A stretch of 64,000 nt of DNA from Mustelus asterias (taxonomy: Eukaryota). Of the stretch, positions 23,907 to 35,660 are shown piece by piece (positions within the stretch are counted from its first letter, which is position 1; each line of letters begins with the position of its first letter). A program made the translations under genes and the position numbers. The stretch covers positions 16,492,001 to 16,556,000 of the forward strand of contig NC_135830.1 in the NCBI RefSeq assembly GCF_964213995.1, given 5' to 3'. A model generated the notes under the pieces. That model was given only the letters and a program-made list of their open reading frames with translations, was not told the DNA's origin and made no database searches.

Positions 23907-24949
23907 AGAGGACTATTTGCTCTCAGCAAACCATTAATAATGATCTGATTTACTCTCTGATCGAAAGCAGGTCTACTAGAATCAGCCGAGTGAGGTTTGC
24001 AAGTTTATATCAGAGCTGGAAATTTCACATGTGCCACAGTTCAAGAACAAACACAGAAAGAGGAGGACAGTGATAGGGTGCAAACATGAACAGACTGGGA
24101 CCAGAGGGACACAAACGAATGGTCTAGTTGGGCACATGAGCGGCGCAGGCTTGGAGGGCCGAAGGGCCTGTTCCTGTGCTGTATTGTTCTTTGTACTAAC
24201 GATTGCGATGTTGTTGCAAGGTAAAATCTGTCTGGTCGTGAGCCAGATTTTACCGTTTATATTGACACTGAATTATGAAACGTTTTCCTCTGCATTGAAA
24301 AGCATTTGGAAATATTTCTGTCCGGTTTCGAACCGTCGGAAGCGAAAGTGATAATTGCACTGGAGTGTTTGTTATATGTTGTCATTGGCTGAACACATCA
24401 CTGGTGTTGAAACAGAAGGCGCCATTTTGCAGGAGAAAGCTGTTTGTGGCGGAAGTGGCGTGAAAATTAAAGTAACAAAAGCAGCGTGGATAAATTAAAT
24501 TCTAAAACACGCTGTAAGCTGCTGGCCTGGTGGTTAGAGTTTGACTCTTTCCCTGCTGTTTAGATTACTGGTCTGGAATTGAAGATTTATTGCTCTCATC
24601 CAAACTGTGAAAACTGTGAGTTATTTCCTGGATGAGGATATGGAATGTAATCTCGCCTCGTGCCCTGAAGTGCAGACCCTGAGCAAATTCACCAGGAGGT
24701 TCTCTTGTCATTTCTGGCAGGAAATTGGGAAGAGACGAGCTGAAGGTCAGTTTAAATGATGCCGGCCCTTCACTGCAGCTCATTGTGTTTCTGACGTGAG
24801 ATGATTTCTGTTTGTTGCGCAGTTCAGGCTTACCTGATTCAGGGAAGGAGCAGGCTCAATCTTCCTGATGGCCTTTCCCACCTCCATTGCTTGTAATGAA
24901 TTTCAGTAACATTATCATTAAATAGCATGATTGCGATGGCTTAAAATGT

Positions 24950-25031
24950 GGTAGTGTGGCCGAGCGGTCTAAGGCGCTGGATTAAGGCTCCAGTCTCTAT
25001 GGGGGCGTGGGTTCGAATCCCACCGCTGCCA
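24950..25031 (+). tRNA. tRNA-Leu(AAG), apparently intact
   Basis: 82 nt, GGTAGTGTGGCCGAGCGGTCTAAGGCGCTGGATTAAGGCTCCAG..GGTTCGAATCCCACCGCTGCCA, with paired stems and a long variable arm. Confidence 0.92.
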
Positions 25032-25233
25032 AAATGGATTTGAGTTTTGGTCCTTGCAGCTGCAGTCCAACAGCTCAGATCAAATCCCATGAGTGCGTCT
25101 GGTGTCGTTTTCGTCATGAACAACGAGCAGAGACATTACCAACTTTAAAAAGTTGCTGGGGTAACGCAGCGTGTGTGCAAGTGACTCCTTTCGAGAGTAC
25201 ACACAAGCTGAATTTCTGACTGCCGAGTTAAAC

Positions 25234-25357
25234 AACCTGATGAAGGAGCAGCGCTCCGAAAGCTCGTAGTTCCAAATAAGCCTGTTTGACTTTAACCTGG
25301 TGTTGTGAGAATTCTTGCTGTACCCACCCAGTCCAAAGCCGGCATCTCCACATCATG
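25234..25357 (+). mobile_element. Penelope-type terminal repeat with minimal hammerhead ribozyme motif
   Basis: CTGATGA-A-GGAGC-AGC-GCTCC-GAAA-GCTC at 25237-25265. Same family as 31637-31789 and 44856-45058. Confidence 0.7.
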
Positions 25358-26614
25358 ATATAAACAACATGATTACAAACAGTGAGACTTTATTCCCGGC
25401 CCAGGAATTAAGGTGATGGACTTGAATTTTATAACTGAAGTTCAAATCCTGTCATGTATGCTTCCCATCATTCTGACCAGATATTTACAGAATTAACCTG
25501 GCTCCTGTGATAATCACCGTACTGTATAAACACGGAGATGGCCTCCGGGCAAGCAGATCCGGTTTACTGGAGAACAACAAGACTGGCTCCAGAGGCCCAT
25601 CTTTTGCCCACAGCAATTGATATTACATTGCCTCTGCGTGTTCCTCCTGTCAAAATGAATAATGATACTTCCCACTGTATTAAAGTTTCGTAATAACATG
25701 TTCGAGAAAAAGTGTTCATGACGCTTAAAGCAAATCAACTGAACACCTGAAATTTGTGGCATTTGGCCACTTTCCCCCACAAATGCTATTGCCCCGAATT
25801 CAATGCCTCAGAACACTCACCAACGCTTTTAGCGGAAGTGATCGCTGTCAGATATGGTGCTGCAGGGACCAGAATTAATGGAGTGGGATAGGCTCACATG
25901 TCCCACGGAGTCTCCTCCACAATTTAAGGAGATTATGACGAATCCCAGGACTCAACACCAATTTCTAACCCTATCATGATGGCCCTTCATTCCCTTAGGT
26001 TCCAAAAATATCTCTATCTGAAACTTCAATATCCTCATTTACTGAGGATCCACAGACCTCTGGCGAAGCGTCATCCAGATTCGAAACTTTGGCTCTTTTC
26101 TCTCTCCATAGATGCTACCAGACCTACGGAGATGTTCCAGCATTGTCTGTTTTTGTGTCAGATTCCAGCATCCGCAGTATTTTGCTTTTGCCGCCACAAT
26201 TTACATTCCGTTTCTTTTGTTTTTCTATCACAACTTTGTCAACTCTTACCCACGGCTCCCACTCTCACACACCCCCCCCCCACCCCACCCCCCCATCCCC
26301 CACGCCCCACCCCCGCATCTCCCACACTTAAAGTATCAATCTCGTCCTCTTTTACTGTCTTCAGCTTTGATGACTGACCATACAGATTTGAAATGTTGGC
26401 TCTATTCTCTCTCCAGAGATTCCGTCATGCCTGTTGAGATTTTCCAGCATTTTAAGTTTTTCTTTTAAGTTCCGGAATCTGCAGTAATTTGCTGTTGGCT
26501 GAAGGAGTCATTCGTGTTCCATCAAAACATGAGGTTTTTTTTCCCCCAAACCTTTCTCGAGTATTGAAAAAACGCAGCAATGTATTGGTCAGATTAAAAT
26601 GTTTGCTTGTATCT

Positions 26615-26686
26615 TCCCTGGTGGTCTAGTGGTTAGGATTTGGCGCTTTCACCGCCGCGGCCCGGGTTCGATTCCCGGTCAGGGAA
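26615..26686 (+). tRNA. tRNA-Glu(TTC), apparently intact
   Basis: TCCCTGGTGGTCTAGTGGTTAGGATTTGGCGCTTTCACCGCCGCGGCCCGGGTTCGATTCCCGGTCAGGGAA, followed by a T4 terminator. Confidence 0.95.
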
Positions 26687-26724
26687 TGTAGATTTTATAG
26701 CTGCCGACCAGCACATGATTGTAC

Positions 26725-28232
26725 GCAATAATCCAAATGGGGTTTGACAAGAGCCTGATGCAGCCTCAGAAATACATCCCTGCTATTGTATTCTCGCCCT
26801 CTCGACATGAATGCTAAGCATTGCATTTGCCTTCCTAACTGCCGACTGAATCTGCATGTTAATCTTCAGTACGAGCACTCCCAAGCCCCTTTGTGTTTCT
26901 GATTTTCCCCAGTTAGAAAATAGTCTGTGCCTCCATTTCTCCTTCCAAAGTGCATAACCTCACACTTTTCCACATTGTACTCCATCTGCCACTTATTTGC
27001 CCACTCTCCTAACCTATTCAGGTCCTTCTGCAGCCCCCCTGCTTCCTCAATACTACCTGTCCCTCTGCATATCTTTGTATCATCTGCAAACTTAGCAACA
27101 GTGCCTTCAGTTCCTTCTTCCGAAACATTAATGTATATTGTGAAAAGTTGTGGTCCCAGCACCGACCCTGGAGCACACCGCTAGTCACCGGCTGCCATCC
27201 TGAAAAGGACCCCTTTATCCCCACACTCTGCCTCCTGCCAATCAGCCAATCCTCTATCCATGCCAGGATATTAAGCTTAACACCATGTTCTCTTAACAGA
27301 TTGAACAGTCTCCTATGCGGCACATTGCCAAAGGCCTTCTGGGAATCGAAATACATCACGTCCACTGGTTCTCCTTTATCTAACTTCCTTGTCATCTCCT
27401 CAAAGAATGCTAAGAGATTTGTCAGACATGACCACCCCTTGACCAAGCCATGTTGACTCAGTCCTATTTTATCATGCACTTCCAAGTATTCTGCAACCTC
27501 ATCTTTCATAATTGACTCTATAATCTTGCCAATGACCGAAGTCAGGCTCACTGGCCTCTAATTTCACATTTCCTGCCTCCGTCCCTTCTTAAACAGCGGT
27601 GTTACATTCGCTACTTTCCAGTCCTCTGTGATTCCTGAAAGATCACTGCCAATGCCTCCACAATTCCCTCAGTTATCTTTTTAGAATCCTGTCGTGTAGT
27701 CCATCCAGTCCAGGTGATTTATCCACCTTTACACATTTCAGTTTCCCCAGAACCTTCTCCTTAGTGATGGCCACTGCAGTCACCTGTTCCCCCTGATTCT
27801 CCTGGAGCTCTGGCATCCCCCTGGTGTCTCCCACCGTGAGGACTGATGCAAAGTAACGACTCAGTTCATCTGCCATTTCTTTGTTTCCTATTGTTACTTC
27901 TCCAGCCACATTGTATCGTGATCCAATGTCTATTTTTGCCTCTCTCTTATCAATTATATATTGAAAAAAACTCTTCCTATCTTCTTTTATATTAGTGGCT
28001 ACCTTGCAATCATATTTCATCTCCCCCACCCCCCCCCCTCCACCCGCCCCCCCCCCCTTATTGCTTCTATAGTTGTCCTCTGCTCGCATTTTTAAAAAAT
28101 CCCAATCCTCCAGCTTCCCACTAATCCTCGCCACTTTGTATTCTTTTTCTTTTGCTTTTATCTTGCCCTTGACTTCCATCGTCAGCCGTGGATGCCTCGG
28201 CCTCCCCTTGACATGTTTCCTCCTCCTTAGGA
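26725..28232 (-). mobile_element. CR1 LINE ORF2 fragment (frameshifted)
   Basis: ORF pieces KSPGLDGLH, QHGLVKGWSCLTNLL and KFADDTK. Confidence 0.9.
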
Positions 28233-28537
28233 TAGACTCAGTAGAGGGGACATTGAACAATGAAGGTCGGTGAATTGCCAAAGTGGGTTAGCGATCAACG
28301 CTGAAATTGAAATTACAACGAACATTTTGCTGTCTTTCTCTCTCTCCCTTCCTTTCTCTCCCACTCTCTCATTTACAGCATTAGATTAAGTCACAAGCGT
28401 CTAGACTTTCGACATTGACAGTGGAGAAATTGTCAGGAGGGAATGAATAAAGGAGAAGGAGTTATGAGAGCCGAGAGGCAGCTTGAATGCTTGTTGGATG
28501 TGCTGGGAAGTATGTGCGCGATATGAGATGTGGGGAA

Positions 28538-29701
28538 GAACATAGAACATAGAACATAGAACATAGAACAGTACAGCACAGAACAGGCCCTTCGGCCCAC
28601 GATGTTGTGCCGAGCTTTATCTGAAACCAAGATCAAGCTATCCCACTCCCTATCATCCTGGTGTGCTCCATGTGCCTATCCAATAACCGCTTAAATGTTT
28701 CTAAAGTGTCTGACTCCACTATCACTGCAGGCAGTCCATTCCACACCCCAACCACTCTCTGCGTAAAGAACCTACCTCTGATATCCGTCCTGTATCTCCC
28801 ACCACGAACCCTATAGTTATGCCCCCTTGTAATAGCTCCATCCACCCGAGGAAATAGTCTTTGAACGTTCACTCTATCTATCCCCTTCATCATTTTATAC
28901 ACCTCTATTAAGTCTCCCCTCAGCCTCCTCCGCTCCAGAGAGAATAGCCCGAGCTCCCTCAACCTTTCCTCATATGACCTACCCTCCAAACCAGGCAGCA
29001 TCCTGGTAAATCTCCTCTGCACTCCTTCCAGCGCTTCCACATCCTTCCTATAGTGAGGTGACCAGAACTGCACACAATATTCCAAATGTGGTCTCACCAA
29101 GGTCCTGTACAGTTGCAGCATAACCCCACGGCTCTTAAACTCCAACCCCCTGTTAATAAAAGCTAACACACTATAGGCCTTCTTCACAGCTCTATCCACT
29201 TGAGTGGCAACCTTTAGAGATCTGTGGATATGGACCCCAAGATCTCTCTGTTCCTCCACAGTCTTCAGAACCCTACCTTTGACCCTGTAATCCACATTTA
29301 AATTTGTCCTACCAAAATGAATCACCTCACATTTATCAGGGTTAAACTCAATTTGCCATTTTTCAGCCCAGCTTTGCATCCTATCTATGTCTCTTTGCAG
29401 CCTACAACAGCCCTCCACCTCATCCACTACTCCACCAATCTTGGTGTCATCAGCAAATTTACTGATCCACCCTTCAGCCCCCTCCTCTAAGTCATTAATA
29501 AAAATCACAAAGAGCAGAGGACCAAGCACTGATCCCTGCGGCACACCGCTAGCAACCTGCCTCCAATCCGAAAATTTTCCATCGACCACCACCCTCTGTC
29601 TTCGGTCAGACAGCCAGTTGCCTATCCAATCGGCCAACTTTCCCTCTATCCCACACCTCCTCACTTTCATCATAAGCCGACCATGGGGGACCTTCTCAAA
29701 C
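28538..29701 (-). mobile_element. Young 5'-truncated CR1 LINE with (AGAACAT)n tail
   Basis: Uninterrupted RT C-terminal half (GVPQGSVLGP, FADDTK, RPHLEYCVQFWSP). Possible TSD gggaaga at 28533-28539 and 29702-29708. Nearly identical to 40581-41725. Confidence 0.93.
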
Positions 29702-30096
29702 GGGAAGAGGTGAAGAGGTTCGCGCTCTCTTGTGGCCGTGGCTGACATGATTGTGCAAGTTGAAGATTTTAAAAGTGCAGTTTCTGCCGTAAGCAGCAGG
29801 GAGCAGTAAAAGTGAGGTGGATATTGAGGAGGCAAAGAATGGGGAGAGTGAGGAAAGTGGGGATTGGAGAATGGTGCGGGTGAGCGTGCAGGACAGGTGG
29901 AGAGTTGGTTGGTCAAAGGTGTGTGTCCATGTTTTGGTTTACTTGCGTAGATTGATGTGGTGATGGCATTGGATGTGAGAGTGAATGAAAGGGGCAGCAG
30001 AGGGAGTGAGTGTGGAGGCAGGCAGAGAGGCATCGGGTTTGTCTGTATTGAGGCGAACGGCAAAATATTTTGTTTGCTGCGATTGAAGGTGTGGAG

Positions 30097-30394
30097 AAAA
30101 GGATGCGTCTCGCTGTATTGGTCAGGCGGCACTACTGTTTCTATTCACAGGTGCTATCCCACTGGCGTAGAGCACAGGGGATTTGGCCTGCTCCGTTCCC
30201 GACCTGGGCCGGTTCACCCCTCCTTAGCACACCTGGTGCGCCCAGAGTCCTCTTAGAACACCATGCGGATACTGATCTTAGTGCGGACACCCGATCGGCA
30301 CAGAGAACAACAGCCCAGAACTCCCGACCTCAAGCAATCCAGCAGCCTCAGCCTCCCAGCAGCGGGATTACAGGTGCGCGCCACAGCACCCGGC
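30097..30394 (-). ncRNA. RN7SL: 7SL (signal recognition particle) RNA gene
   Basis: About 298 nt: Alu-domain start GCCGGGTGCTGTGGCGCG..CCTGTAATCCC..GGGAGGCTGAGG, S-domain GCCGATCGGGTGTCCGCACTAAG and CTAAGGAGGGGTGAACCGGCCCAGGTCGGGAACGGAGCAG, ending in TTTT with no poly(A). Confidence 0.92.
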
Positions 30395-30804
30395 AAACGC
30401 AATCCTTGATTCAGCCGCCTTCAGTTCAAACAGCAGCAAGAGCTCGAATGCAGACTGACTTCACTGCTTCACTGACTCAACTGACCATAATTTGAGGAAG
30501 CTTCAACTTTGTGTGCTCAAGTTAGTCTAATTGACCTCTTAAAATTTATTTGTGCGAATTTTTGTTTGTATTCATGGAACCTGTCTGAATATGTTCACTC
30601 AGTCCCGTCCTCAGCCCAGGTATCAGTGCCGTTGAAAATAAGGAGCCGTTTTCTTTGTTGGAATGACACGCAGCAGCTCGGTTGTCTGCCCCTGAAATAC
30701 ACACGTTTACTGCGCGCATCACAGCAGAGTGGAACAGAGACCTTTCCTTTTCCAGATCTCTGAATGTGACGCAGTTTTTTGCCAAGTGGAAGCTATGATA
30801 CCAG

Positions 30805-31125
30805 AAGACCATGAGACATAGGAGCAGAATTTTGCCACTCGGCCCATCGAGTCTGCTCCGCCATTTAATCATGGCTGATATTTTTCTCATCCTCATTCTC
30901 CTGCCTTTTCCCCAAACCCCTGATCCCCTCATTAATCAAGAACCTATCTATCCCTGCCGTAATGACACTCAATGATCTGGCCTCCACACCTTTCTGCGGC
31001 CCAGAGTTCCACAGATTCACCACACTCTGGCTGAAGAAATTCCTCCTCATATCTGTTTCAAATGATTGTCCCTTTAGCCTGAGGTTGTGCCCTCTGGTCC
31101 TAGTTTTTCCTACTAGTGGAAACAT
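30805..31125 (-). mobile_element. CR1 3' end fragment
   Basis: [27 protein letters not shown] followed by a 3' UTR. Confidence 0.85.
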
Positions 31126-32472
31126 CAAGACTGCACTCAGCGCTGGAACACGTAGATAACAAGGACACCGATGTCAGACTCCTAGTTATTGACTACAGCT
31201 CAGTCTTCAACACTATTATTCCGACGAAACACATCCCCAAACTCCGTGACCTGGGCCTCGGCACCTCGCTCTGTGATTGGATCCTGCACTTCCTAACTCA
31301 CAGACCATAATCAGTAAGGATAGGCAACCACACCTCCACCACGATCATCCTCAACACCGGTGCCCCACAAGGCTGTGTTGTCAGCCCCTTACTATACTCC
31401 TTATGATACCAATGACTGTGTGGCCAAATTCCCCTCCAATTTGAGTTTCAAGTTTGCTGACGACAGCACCATAGTGGGTTGGATCTCAAACAATGATGAG
31501 ACAGAGTACAGGAATGAGATAGAGAATCTGGTGAAATGGTGCGGCAACAATAATCTCTCCCTCCATGTCAACAAAACGAAGGAGATTGTCATCAACTTCA
31601 GGAAATGTAAAGGAGAACATGCCCCTGCCTACATCATGATGTGGAGATGCCGGCGTTGGACTGGGGTGAACACAGTAAGAAGCCTCACAACACCAGGTTA
31701 AAGTCCAACAGGTTTATTTGGTATTTGCTTATGGTATTTGCTACCAAATAAACCTGTTGGAATTTAACCTGGCTTTGTGAGACTTTTTACTGCCTACATC
31801 AACAGGAATGAAATAGAAAAGGTCGTGAGCTTCAAGTTTTTAGGTGTCCAGATCACCAACAACCTGTCCTGGTCCCCCCCATGCCGACACTATTGTTCAG
31901 AAAGAGCACCAATGCCTCTACTTTCTCAGAAGACTAAGGAAATTTGGAATGTCAGCTATGCCTCTCACCAACTTTTACAGGTGCACCATAGCAAGCATTC
32001 TTTCTAGTTGTATCACAGCTTGGCATGGCTCCTGCTCTGCCCAAGACCGCAAGAAACTACAAAAAATCGTGAATGTAGCCCAATCCATCACACAAACCAG
32101 CCTCCCATCATTGACTCTGTCTGCACTTCCCACTGCCTCGGCAAAGCAACCAGCATAACTAAGGACACCAAGCACCCCGGACATTCTCTCTTCCAACTTC
32201 TTCCTTCAGGAAAAAGTGTCAAACGTTGAACGTCCTGTACCAACCGACTCAAGAACAGCATCTTCCCTGCTGCTGTCAGACTTTTGAATGGACATACCTT
32301 GCATTAAGTTGAACTTTCTCTGCACCCTAGCTATGACTGTAACACTACATTCTGCACTCTCTTGTTTTCCTTCTCCATGAATGATGTGTTTTGTCTGTAA
32401 AGCGCGCAAAAAACAATACTTTTCACTGTACGTTAATAGATGTGAGAATAATAAATCAAATCAAAATCAAAA
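31126..32472 (+). mobile_element. Rex1/Babar-type LINE, 5'-truncated
   Basis: [50 protein letters not shown], and an (ATCAA)n tail. Confidence 0.88.
31637..31789. mobile_element. Fold-back Penelope-terminus insertion with 12-bp TSD
   Basis: Inverted arms; perfect duplication CTGCCTACATCA at 31625-31636 and 31790-31801. Confidence 0.75.
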
Positions 32473-32474
32473 CG

Positions 32475-33430
32475 TCCTTTTCACGTCCACTCTATCCAGG
32501 CCTCACAGTATCCTGCAGGTTTCCCCCTCTTCCTTCTAAACTCCAACGAGTACAGAGCCAGAGTCCTCACCCGTTCCTCATACGACAAGCTCTTCATTCT
32601 GGGGATCATTCCTGTGAACCTCCTCTGGACCCTTTCCAAGGCCAGCACATCCTTCCTTAGATACGAGGCCCAAAACTGCTCACAATACTCCAAATGGGGT
32701 ATTATGCAGCCTCAGAAATACATCCCTGCTATTGTATTCTATCCCTCTCGACATGAATGCTAGCATTGCATTTGCCTTCCTGACTGCCGACTAAATCTGC
32801 ATGTTAACCTTGAGAACAAGCACTCCCAAGCCCCTTTGTGTTTCTGATTTCCTCAGCATTTCCCCAGTTAGAACATAGTCTGTGCCTCCATTTCTCCTTC
32901 CAAAGTGCATAACCTCACACTTTTCCACATTATACTCCATCTGTCACTTCTTTGCCCACTCTCCTAACCTGTTCAGGTCCTTCACAGTGGTTAGCACTGC
33001 TGCTTCACAGCTCCAGGGTCCTGGGTTCGATTCCCGGCTCGGGTCACTGTCTGTGTGGAGTTTGCACATTCTCCTCGTGTCTGCGTGGGTTTCCTCCGGG
33101 TGCTCCGGTTTCCTCCCACAGTCCAAAGATGTGCGGGTTAGGTTGATTGGCCAGGTTAAAAATTGCCCCTTAGAGTCCTGAGATGCGAGGATTAGCGGGT
33201 AAATGTGTGGGGGTAGCGCCTGGGTGGGATTGTGGTCGGTGCAGACTCGATGGGCCGAATGGCCTCCTTCTGCACTGTAGGGTTTCTATGTTTCTTTCTA
33301 TGTTTCCTCAATACTACCTGTCCCTCTGCATATCTTTGTACCATCTGCAAACTTAGCAACAGTGCCTTCAGTTCCTTCTTCCAAAACGTTAATGTATATT
33401 GTGAAAAGTTGTGGTCCCAGCACCGACCCC
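32475..33430 (-). mobile_element. CR1 RT fragment interrupted by an HE1 SINE (about 32983-33305, + strand)
   Basis: EYCEQFWASYLRKD..ERVQRRFT; homologous to 26735-27170; SINE body CAGTGGTTAGCACTGCTGC..GGGTTCGATTCCCGG. Confidence 0.85.
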
Positions 33431-33454
33431 TGCATCAAAGAGGCACAGCGGTAT

Positions 33455-33527
33455 GTTTCTGTAGTGTAGTGGTTATCACGCTGACCTTACACGCACGAAA
33501 TACGCGGTTCGAAACTCGACAAAAATA
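33455..33527 (+). pseudogene. tRNA-Val(TAC) pseudogene
   Basis: GTTTCTGTAGTGTAGTGGTTATCACG..CCTTACAC..GGTTCGAAAC with mismatched stems. Confidence 0.72.
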
Positions 33528-34384
33528 TTTCCAGCATCCGCAGTAATTTGCTTTTATCCAGTTGCTCACGTTACATTCTCTCTGCTCGTTCCTCGAATCA
33601 AAATGAATGATGATACATTCTACTGCATTCAATTTTAGTAATCACATCTTTGACCAAAACTGTTCATAACGTTTATAGCAATTTAAGTGAAAATCGGACA
33701 GTGGAAGAATTTGATCCCTCTCCTTCATAAATATCGTTATCCTAAATTTAGTGTCTTCGACTTCCCATCAACGACACCAGCAGCAGTCATTGCTGTCAGA
33801 GCTGGTATTAGCACTGAACCCAAATCAATGTAATTCGATTAGATCACATGTCCCGTTGAGTCTCGTCCCCCACTTTAAATCAAACCCCAGCTCAAAAACT
33901 GCCTCATTTCTGGAATCAATTCAATTAAATTTCCACACAGACAGGGTGAGAATAGAAGAAACAATAACAAAAGTGGGGAATGGATAGTCAGACTGAGAGA
34001 GGGAAGGACTGAGACAGGTCTGCAGAGAGAAAAAAGAAAGAGCCAGAGTGGGGTAGACACTGAACAGAACAGATCCATTTCACTGTTCCATATGATTTCA
34101 AGAAACAAAATCTTGAAGGCATTGGAAAGAGCAAATACTACGGCCTTGAAAAATACTCTGGCAATGGTGCTAAAGAATTGCACTTCAGAATTTGCTGCAG
34201 CTTTAGCTAAGCTGCTCCTCCACTACAGCACTGGCATCACCCACCAATGCTACAAATTGCCCAAGATTGCCCGATTTACAAAAATCAGGTCAGATCCAAC
34301 GCCCCCAATTACCACCAGTCTACTCTTGATCATCAGTAATGTGACGGAAAGAGCAATGAACAATGGTATCAGGAGGCATTTAAA

Positions 34385-34960
34385 TGCAAACTGGAGGAAC
34401 ATCGCCCGATCTCCCTATTCGGCACTTACTGCGTTCTCATTGAGTTCAACAACTTCAGAGCATCTCCTCTCCTCCACCTTCACCCCATTTCAATTTATTT
34501 TGTTTTATTGCATTTTATCTTATTTATTTATTTTTATCATTTTATATCTTCTTTTATATATTTTTTTTCCTTTTAATTTCCATGTTTTGCATTGTTTATT
34601 TAAAATCTCACTTTCCATTTTGTTGCTCCCTCTCCCTCCACCCCACTCGAGCCGTCTCTTACATTTCCTTTGTTCTGCCATTTACACATTCTGGTCTCTT
34701 AATGGGCGGCCAGCAGCACCCTTCTCAGCCATGATTAATGCCATTAAAATTCCCTTTTTCTTAATTTATATGTGACACCTTTGTCTTATATCCCTCACCA
34801 TTACAGTGTAAAGCTCGTCCAAATTTCTTTGTCTTCAGCTCTGACGAAGGGTCATCCAGACTTTGAACCTGGGCTCTATTCTCCCTTCACAGGTGATTTC
34901 AGACCTGCTGAGATTTTCCAGCATTTTCTGCTCTTGTTTTAGATTCCAGCATCCGCAGTA
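34385..34960 (+). mobile_element. Penelope-like element 3' remnant
   Basis: Inverted paralog of 2195-2770, with AGCTCTGACGAAGGGTCATCCAGAC at 34837. Confidence 0.6.
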
Positions 34961-35088
34961 AATTTGTTTTTTATCAAGAGGCACTTGTCAGACAGACTTG
35001 TCCCTGGTATACAAAAAACAAATGCTGAAATCGAAACAAAGCGGCAAGTCAGCATGGATAGGGTAGATTAAAATACTTGTAAGCTGTT

Positions 35089-35154
35089 TCCTTGGTGCTC
35101 GAGTGGTGAGGATTTGGCGCTTTCACCGCAGCGGTTCGATTTCTGGTCAGGGAA
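35089..35154 (+). pseudogene. tRNA-Glu(TTC) pseudogene
   Basis: Glu-TTC body with a 6-nt deletion in the variable/T region. Confidence 0.78.
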
Positions 35155-35354
35155 TTAAGATTTATTGTTTTCTTGCAGCACATGATTTAAGTGGAGTTGG
35201 AATTACTTCCTGACCGAAAACAGGAGTGATATTGGTGCCAGTTTCAACAGCACAGAGAAAAATCCGTCCCATTCCACAAGCCCGTCAATTACACACAGCA
35301 ATTTGTATTTGCATTGCCTCTTTTGGTTCCTCCAGTCAAAATGGATAATGGTAT

Positions 35355-35660
35355 ATTCTGTAGAATCCCTATTGGACAGAAGGAGGCCGGTCAGCCCATC
35401 GAGTCCGCACCGACAGCAATACCCCAACCCCTATTCCCGGAAACACACATATTTAGCCTGATAATCCCGCTGACAGGCGGGTCAATTTAGCATGGCCAAG
35501 CAACCTAACTCACACATCTTTGGAAAGGAAACCGGAGCACACGGAGGAAACCCACGCAGACGCGGGGAGAACGTGCAAACTCCGCACAGACAGTGACCCG
35601 AGAAATTTAACCCGAGTCACTGGAACTGTGAGGCATCATTGCTCACCACTGTGTCACCGA
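35355..35660 (-). mobile_element. HE1-type SINE
   Basis: Same consensus as 425-750. Confidence 0.8.

Larger units (their letters stand above)
18460..26720 (+). repeat. Direct segmental duplicate of about 3100-12400
   Basis: Same order of Val, Gln, (TG)n blocks, SINE, Pro-with-intron, Glu remnant, Leu and Glu, with homologous unique spacers. Confidence 0.88.

Noticed and set aside
28536-28570. Short direct repeats (AGAACAT)n as an array or CRISPR-like structure
   Set aside because: These are CR1 3' microsatellite tails with no spacers, in a eukaryotic context.
28633-30132. 499-aa ORF as a novel RT fusion protein
   Set aside because: Only 28633-29700 is CR1 RT. The N-terminal part is chance read-through of low-complexity flank and the 3' end of 7SL across the truncation point.
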